DNA of 64,000 nucleotides. Origin: a virus. The first letter of the stretch is position 1. Each line of letters begins with the position of its first letter. The translations under genes were made by a program, and so were the position numbers. Location of the stretch: positions 32,001-96,000 of the IMG/VR virus record IMGVR_UViG_3300042569_003487; one strand, written 5' to 3'. Positions 57,988 through 64,000 of the stretch are shown piece after piece. A model generated the notes under the pieces. It was not told where the DNA came from. It did no database searches and worked only from the letters and a program-made list of their open reading frames with translations.

Positions 57988-58599
57988 TTATCGATTAGTA
58001 TTAGCGAAAAAGTATCTATAATCTTGCTCCAAAACAATTGAGGCTGGAATAGATGCTTTTAAAGTTCGGTTTGGATATCTTATGATTCGGTCAATAATCT
58101 TAGAGTCAGTAGGATAGTCACGAGTTAATTCTACTAAGTATTCTCCTATTAGAGTTACGTCAGGTGAATTACGGCGGTCGACTAAAAACGAACCCTCAGA
58201 GGAGTCCTTTTTTAAAAATCCTATCTTTTTATGAGTAATCTGTGTTGGCTTAAAATCTAGCGAAGTTATTTCAGAAAATGAAATATCGTGAATTAACTGG
58301 CTTGACCATTGTACGTCAATTAAAATTGCACTAGTATTTAGGGCTAAGTCGTACATTAAATATAGATCTCTTTCGAGCTGAGCATTATCAACAGTATCTG
58401 ACAATAAAACCAGATCGACATCCCAAGTTGAATTAAAGTCATATAAAATTCCACCGGTTATATGCACAGAATATCGTTTAAGAATATCTGTATTGAATTG
58501 TAATTCCAATAAAAAGTTTTTAACACTTTCGTATGAGGGTCTATTCCACGGAATCGTCGTCGATACCTTACCAATTTGATAATAAAATGGGAGCCCCAT
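57988..58599 (-). CDS. Nucleotidyltransferase-like protein
   Basis: HITGGIL....TWDVDLVL (GG...DxD) and LIDV third Asp; likely start ATG 58599 just after the upstream stop. Confidence 0.6.
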   Translation of the reverse strand: MGLPFYYQIGKVSTTIPWNRPSYESVKNFLLELQFNTDILKRYSVHITGGILYDFNSTWDVDLVLLSDTVDNAQLERDLYLMYDLALNTSAILIDVQWSSQLIHDISFSEITSLDFKPTQITHKKIGFLKKDSSEGSFLVDRRNSPDVTLIGEYLVELTRDYPTDSKIIDRIIRYPNRTLKASIPASIVLEQDYRYFFANTNR

Positions 58600-58600
58600 A

Positions 58601-59638
58601 TTACTGGAAGCTTTGATAGAAACCTCCACCGCTTGACATTCCACCACCGCCAGAATAACCACCTGAATAGTAAGTTTCACCACCAGAATAAGTAAAGGTT
58701 GAACTTGTAATTGGTGCAGTATAACTAAATACTAGATCAATTTCGGTAATCGTTTGATTTGATAATGCAGGGGTTGGGTTTGTACCTGATCCAATTAGTT
58801 CTTGATTAAATGGTATGCTTGTACTTTGTGAGCCGGTCGTCGGAGACTTTAACTGCCAATAAGAGAAAGAATAACCAGAAGGAAGCGACGAAGAAACTGA
58901 TACGTTAACATTTTGATTACTACTAAATGATCTAATAATTTGATTAGAGTTTCCAGATTGAGGAATACCTGCAAAACCATTTGATGTAATTGTAATGTAT
59001 GAAGATAGAGTACTTGATGAAATTGATGCTCCAGTTGTTCTAATTAAATTTACTTTAAAAATACCTCCATAAAAAGTTGCAGCAGTCGCAGATGCACCAA
59101 CGGCAGGGGCATAATTTGCAGAAATAATTCTCCAAGTATAAGTTTGAGGAGTAGCTAATCCTCTAGATGTACGTTGACACTGAACGGTTACCGAGTTAAT
59201 TGGAAGGTTTGCAACAGTTGTAATAGCAGCACTAGTTAAAGGAAGAGCCGATAAATTTATTACAGTTGTATCAGTATTACCTGATGTAAACTTAACTTCG
59301 ATTGGCGAACTTTTTTGATTAACTAAAACATAGGTCCTGTGCAAAACTTCTGCAGTAGGCGACGGTAGAACCATGCTAGTAATTGCGCTAGTCGATCCAG
59401 CGTATACAGCATAGTGTCCATTATTTAGTTCTAATGCTCCACTCTTGTCACTTCCAAAATAGGCGACCGACGGCAAACTTAATGATCCATTAAGCATAAA
59501 GTGTGAAGTTGGATTAGAAAGAACTGCATCCATGGTTGCATCTTCATAATAATTAAACTTACCAGCTGCCATTCTACCATCACGAGTAACGGTAAATTTA
59601 ATAGCTTTTAGTACGTTAGATAGACTTAATGTTTTCAT
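58601..59638 (-). CDS. Putative structural protein with Gly/Tyr-rich C-terminus
   Basis: S/T-rich beta protein in the tail operon. Confidence 0.55.
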   Translation of the reverse strand: MKTLSLSNVLKAIKFTVTRDGRMAAGKFNYYEDATMDAVLSNPTSHFMLNGSLSLPSVAYFGSDKSGALELNNGHYAVYAGSTSAITSMVLPSPTAEVLHRTYVLVNQKSSPIEVKFTSGNTDTTVINLSALPLTSAAITTVANLPINSVTVQCQRTSRGLATPQTYTWRIISANYAPAVGASATAATFYGGIFKVNLIRTTGASISSSTLSSYITITSNGFAGIPQSGNSNQIIRSFSSNQNVNVSVSSSLPSGYSFSYWQLKSPTTGSQSTSIPFNQELIGSGTNPTPALSNQTITEIDLVFSYTAPITSSTFTYSGGETYYSGGYSGGGGMSSGGGFYQSFQ

Positions 59639-59652
59639 TTGTTATGTGTATT

Positions 59653-59677
59653 TTATACTGACTCATTTAAATTTGTT
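59653..59677 (-). promoter_or_regulatory. Putative ECF-type promoter AAC-N16-GTATAA
   Basis: Exact spacing, 14 nt upstream of ATG 59638; overlaps the upstream stop codon. Confidence 0.4.
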
Positions 59678-61290
59678 GATGCTAAAGTTCCTACAAAGTC
59701 AACTAAAGCAGGATCGCTTGAATATGATAAGAAATGTAAACTACCATCTCTTGTTGTAATAAATGCAGATCCAGTTCCAATTGTTCCAGTTGGATTATCA
59801 TCGCGGTATGTAAAGTTCATATTACCATTATCATCAAAATAAGAATTAAATCCAACATAGCTTGCAAGTTGTGAGGCAATTGCAACATTAGCTGGAATAA
59901 GTTCGCCTTGACCGGTCAATAGAGTTTTGCGTGGCTTAAATAATTCAGTAAGACCAGAACCAGATGTAGGCAAACTGTTTTTTGTCATTGAACCAATATT
60001 AACTTGGTCAGCTAAATACCTAGTATCAGAAACACTATCAGTTGTACTCTTGGTTCCATATACAGTAACTGATGAATTTGGTGATCCACCAAAACCTACT
60101 GCAGTTGTTTTATCATTTAGGCCAAATCTTTTCGCAACAACCTTTTTAGTATCATTAAGTGTTGATCCAAATACTCCAATTGAAATATCACCAGATGCGC
60201 AAATATCAAATGCAGCCTTTGTAATAAGGTATGATATGTTTGAAGAATTTATACCTAGAGCTAATCTAGTCTTTGATGAAGCAGTTGCTCTTTCAATTAA
60301 TAATCCATTTAGATCAAATGTTGCATCATTATCAGCAAAGCTCTTAATTGCAGAAGAACCTCCAGTATAAAGAGTAACTCCATTATGTGCAGAACCATCC
60401 ATTTGAGATGCCCTAAACTTAAACGCTGAGGTTGCACCATTTACTGAATTTGTATATGAAGAATCTCCACCTGCATTAAATTCAGATAGGAAGTATGCAA
60501 CCGAAGGACTTGCTGTTGTGTTATTAATTAGAGCGTGCTTAATTCTAAGGTTATTTTCGGCAGCACTCATTTGATGTTGACCGTTTGGCAATTTATACAA
60601 AGATCCAAGTTGAATGTGGTATCTACTTGCAGATTCATCGGAAGTTGTTACAAAGTTAGAATAAATTGTAGTAATTGCTTTGCTAACATCTCCAATAAGA
60701 GCGTCGACACTGCTATTTGCAACAAAATTATTTTTGTAAACGTCTAAATCGAAGTTATTTAAAAATAAAGTTGAATTAGTATAAGTAGAAGAAGAACTTC
60801 CATAATTAATTCCGTCTGGGTTAACGTCGGCTAAGTCTGCACCAGCATTTTTAAGAAATCTAACAATTCCATAGTTCTTTTTCTTGGTGCTTGCAGTAAA
60901 GTTTGAGTCATTGTCACTAATTGTAAATAATTGCTTATTTAAGAAAAATTCAGTAGAGACTGCTAATAGGTCATTTATATTAAATATTTGTGACCAGGCA
61001 TTAGTAGTTTTTGTGTAGAATTTACCGCCAGTTGTAATAAAAATATCGTCGACTACCGCTGTAGTATTTGTGGTTTGATCGGCTCCACTAAATATTCTAG
61101 AACCCTTTACTCCCCTAGGTCCGATTGGGCCAGCTGGGCCAACTCCACCGGTTGCTCCGGCAGGACCGCTTGGACCGACTGCGCCTATTCCAAGCTCAAT
61201 TAACTTCGTAAAGTTAAAATTTAGTTTGTCTGCCAATACGGCTTGGTTATCTGTTGTAAAAACCTCTTTAAGATTTAATTGTACTGGCAT
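59653..61290 (-). CDS. Structural protein with short collagen-like repeat
   Basis: KLNFNF..L then GPSGPAGATGGVGPAGPIGPRGVKG (Gly-X-Y). Confidence 0.7.
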   Translation of the reverse strand: MPVQLNLKEVFTTDNQAVLADKLNFNFTKLIELGIGAVGPSGPAGATGGVGPAGPIGPRGVKGSRIFSGADQTTNTTAVVDDIFITTGGKFYTKTTNAWSQIFNINDLLAVSTEFFLNKQLFTISDNDSNFTASTKKKNYGIVRFLKNAGADLADVNPDGINYGSSSSTYTNSTLFLNNFDLDVYKNNFVANSSVDALIGDVSKAITTIYSNFVTTSDESASRYHIQLGSLYKLPNGQHQMSAAENNLRIKHALINNTTASPSVAYFLSEFNAGGDSSYTNSVNGATSAFKFRASQMDGSAHNGVTLYTGGSSAIKSFADNDATFDLNGLLIERATASSKTRLALGINSSNISYLITKAAFDICASGDISIGVFGSTLNDTKKVVAKRFGLNDKTTAVGFGGSPNSSVTVYGTKSTTDSVSDTRYLADQVNIGSMTKNSLPTSGSGLTELFKPRKTLLTGQGELIPANVAIASQLASYVGFNSYFDDNGNMNFTYRDDNPTGTIGTGSAFITTRDGSLHFLSYSSDPALVDFVGTLASTNLNESV

Positions 61291-61292
61291 TT

Positions 61293-64000
61293 TTAAATAA
61301 ATTTCATTTTTGGTTCAATAATTAAACTCAACTTACCGGTCGTTTTTAGAGGAACTCTTAACTGAACGGCTAGTCCGTTTTTAATATTTATTTGAACTCC
61401 TTCCAGCTTCTTATATCCTAACGCGTAGCGTTCGGCAGCAGTCTTAGTAACTATTTCTAGACCAGTAGGCTTGCCTTTATCTTCTACATACCAAATAGCT
61501 AATTGGTCTATTGCATAGGTTGGAAGAATATTTTCGATTGCATATTGTTTAACATATGAGGTAAAATCATAGGCACCTAATAATTCTGGGTTTCTAACAG
61601 TTGGGTCAATGTTAAAACTAGATAAAATTTTAGCTTCTAACCCAAGATCCATTACCTTTTTAGTAAAGACATTTGTTAAATTTATATCAAGTTGAGCATC
61701 CGTTGTATTTACTTTATACAAAACGTCAAAGTCTCTATTAATGTAATCAGTTGAAATTGAAGGAAACTCGGTAACTTCCTTTGAAGTAACTGTGTCTATC
61801 TCAATTGAAGTTGGTAATGAAGCAAGTTTTGCCATGAAATATGAGTCTTCTGCAATTCGTCTGGTACCAAATGCTGGAACAGATTCAGTTTTATTAATAT
61901 ATTCTAAATGGAATCCATAATCCCAGTTTGATGCCAATAAGTATAGATCTCCGCTTGAAATTGGGGTTTCCCCAATTAACTCAAACATTGGTTTATATTT
62001 GTCATTACCTTCAAGTTCCAAAATCTTCTTTTCTGAAACTTTAATATGTTCAAATCCTTTAACTTCAAAAAATCGGTTTGCAATTGGATTAAATTTACAA
62101 TTAGCGTCCTTAACCTCTTCTGAATTCAAGGTCGTATCTGGCATAAACGCGGTAATTTCTCTAAATATTGGAGAGTATGTCGATCCATGTCTTCTTAAAT
62201 ATATTGGATTTTGTAAATAGGACTCAGTTGCAGTATACCCAACTAAATTAGAAGCCTGTCTTTTACTTGTAGTATCAGCTTGTGTCAATTGAATATTAAC
62301 TGGAGAAACGGTTGGAATCTTTAATTTTTCAACAATAGTTGCTTCTTCTAACTCAATATAAAATTCATTTGTACTTACAGTTCCATTAGAATATGTAGTA
62401 TATGTAATGTTGGAACGGCTTCTTTCAATTGATCGCTTAAAGTCATTAAAACTTAGTCTTTTAAATAAGCCCTTATAATAAGAGTCGCCGCCTAATAAGA
62501 ACGCAAAATTAATTGATTCCCAATGGCTTGTATCTAAAGAAGGAATAGTAGACTCTCTCTTAATAATTTTATCAATGTTAAATGTAGTAGTTCCAGCTGA
62601 AGTTTTTGAAACAGGTAAGCCAGTAAATAGCATTTCCCCTATTCCAGCATTAGATGACATAACTATTCCATTTGGTAAGATTTCAGAAATGCCCGAGTAG
62701 TTATCTAGCCTATAGATAACTTGATCAATTATTCTAAGTAATCTTTTATTAGTATCTCCGGCATAAGGCAAAATATTAAATGTTGAATTTGTTTCGGATG
62801 CCAATAGCTGAGCGTTTGGATAAGTATATCCAGTTGCACCAGTTGAAGTATTCTTCAATTCTAAGATATCGATAACGTTTATTAGAGAAGAACTTGCAGA
62901 GGCTACTCTATTTTGAGTTGCAATCGCATGTTTAATTTCAGCTTGATAAAAATCTGCTGATGCAGCCGCTGCCTTTTGGAAAAATTTAATACCTACTGGA
63001 GAAGATGTTACTGTTGCATTAGCGGAAAGAGTTATCTTTGGCCTGGTTTGGCCGTTTGTATCAAGAACAGTATTATCAACTGCAACGATGTACGCCCCAG
63101 CTGGAATACCTGTACCTGTTACATAAACCTTATTGGATGCGTTGTAGTTTTGACCAGATGGATCTCCATATGAGGTCACATCTAAATTTATTCCGTCTAA
63201 TAAGTAAATATCTGGGCTACCCGAAGTTAATTCAGCAACTTGATTTTGCTTAGCAATATTGGATAAAATTGGTTTACTTATTGTTAAGGTAGTTCCACTA
63301 ATTGCAGTAACGGTTGTACCAAATTGAGTCCATCCGGTAATTCCAACCTCTGCTCCAATTAAAATTGGAGTTGCTGGAGTTGCGCTTAGTATAATGGTAG
63401 AAGAACCTGCTTCAACACTTGCTGTAAGAGGAGTTGGTGTAACGGCGCTTCCGGTTATAGCGATTTGATTAACAAACGAATACTTAATACTATTAGAAGT
63501 AACTAAACGATCTTTAATAAATGGATATAAACTTAAACCTGATGCCAAGTAGGAATTATTCTCAGTGGTGGTAATACCTTGGCTAGTTCCACCTGGGAGA
63601 GTAACTATATTAATTGCTTGACCCTGTCCGTTTGATCCTAATCCATTTGCGTCAATAGGGAATTCAATTGTATAATAATCAAATGCGGCTGTACCAAACA
63701 CTTTAGTTGAAGTGTTATCTTTAAATGATAACATACTGTTTTCATTAACTCGACTAATTTCATCTACGATTTGAATATCTGTGCCCTTATCGATTGAAAA
63801 TATAAATGGAAGACCTCTATCTCCATAATTAGTAGGTAATGATAGGTCAAAACTATTTACTAGATTTATACTACTAAAGCTGGCCGGTAAAGTATTATAC
63901 TTTTTGTTTTTAGCATAATACATAAATGCAAGGGTAATATCAGAAATTGGTTTATTTCCAGCTGGAGTAGGTGCTGAATTTATATTAATTTTGTAATCAG
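61293..64000 (-). CDS. Large structural (baseplate/tail) protein, N-terminus beyond the window
   Basis: Frame stays open from 63923 to the window end; contains G.GI..G....A....TLS..AT beta-modules. Confidence 0.65.
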   Translation of the reverse strand, partial: DYKININSAPTPAGNKPISDITLAFMYYAKNKKYNTLPASFSSINLVNSFDLSLPTNYGDRGLPFIFSIDKGTDIQIVDEISRVNENSMLSFKDNTSTKVFGTAAFDYYTIEFPIDANGLGSNGQGQAINIVTLPGGTSQGITTTENNSYLASGLSLYPFIKDRLVTSNSIKYSFVNQIAITGSAVTPTPLTASVEAGSSTIILSATPATPILIGAEVGITGWTQFGTTVTAISGTTLTISKPILSNIAKQNQVAELTSGSPDIYLLDGINLDVTSYGDPSGQNYNASNKVYVTGTGIPAGAYIVAVDNTVLDTNGQTRPKITLSANATVTSSPVGIKFFQKAAAASADFYQAEIKHAIATQNRVASASSSLINVIDILELKNTSTGATGYTYPNAQLLASETNSTFNILPYAGDTNKRLLRIIDQVIYRLDNYSGISEILPNGIVMSSNAGIGEMLFTGLPVSKTSAGTTTFNIDKIIKRESTIPSLDTSHWESINFAFLLGGDSYYKGLFKRLSFNDFKRSIERSRSNITYTTYSNGTVSTNEFYIELEEATIVEKLKIPTVSPVNIQLTQADTTSKRQASNLVGYTATESYLQNPIYLRRHGSTYSPIFREITAFMPDTTLNSEEVKDANCKFNPIANRFFEVKGFEHIKVSEKKILELEGNDKYKPMFELIGETPISSGDLYLLASNWDYGFHLEYINKTESVPAFGTRRIAEDSYFMAKLASLPTSIEIDTVTSKEVTEFPSISTDYINRDFDVLYKVNTTDAQLDINLTNVFTKKVMDLGLEAKILSSFNIDPTVRNPELLGAYDFTSYVKQYAIENILPTYAIDQLAIWYVEDKGKPTGLEIVTKTAAERYALGYKKLEGVQINIKNGLAVQLRVPLKTTGKLSLIIEPKMKFI

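Noticed and set aside
819-63253. Numerous short plus-strand and nested ORFs in the ORF track (e.g. 2705-3079, 13260-13577, 36278-36688, 59927-60370)
   Set aside because: They are antisense or out-of-frame shadows of long, well-supported minus-strand genes and have no recognisable motifs or promoters
1-64000. Stop-codon reassignment as in some large phages
   Set aside because: Long genes are intact and tightly packed in the standard code, and TAG and TGA both end genes at sensible positions

Overview
This window is an AT-rich, gene-dense segment of a large (jumbo-type) T4-like myophage genome, almost all on the minus strand and read in the standard genetic code. The host is probably Bacteroidota, judged from a Bacteroidota-type ribosomal protein bS21 and A-rich, SD-free translation starts. 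It is mainly the late morphogenesis region: terminase large and small subunits, a gp6-like baseplate wedge, a gp26/gp51-like hub pair, gp14-like neck, gp15-like and tail-tube-like proteins, and two very long tail fibres with S74 self-cleaving chaperones. Interspersed are host-takeover genes: bS21, a tmRNA with an unusually long tag, an ECF sigma factor, PhoH, a NUDIX hydrolase, two Pol-beta-type nucleotidyltransferases, and a glycosyltransferase plus FkbM methyltransferase pair. The most notable patterns are (1) a duplicated A-B-C cassette of LamG lectin paralogues downstream of the two fibres, preceded by a Cys-rich putative adhesin ending in a self-cleaving Hint domain; (2) a group of proteins with T4-like capsid-targeting/prohead-protease N-termini, one carrying a polymorphic-toxin PT-TG-like domain; (3) two readable promoter classes, ATAAATA (late) and AAC-N16-GTATAA (ECF-type), several implying leaderless mRNAs; (4) a candidate +1/-2 frameshift in the tail/hub chaperone; (5) an apparently catalytically dead amidoligase. 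All family calls come from motif recognition by eye, with no database searches.
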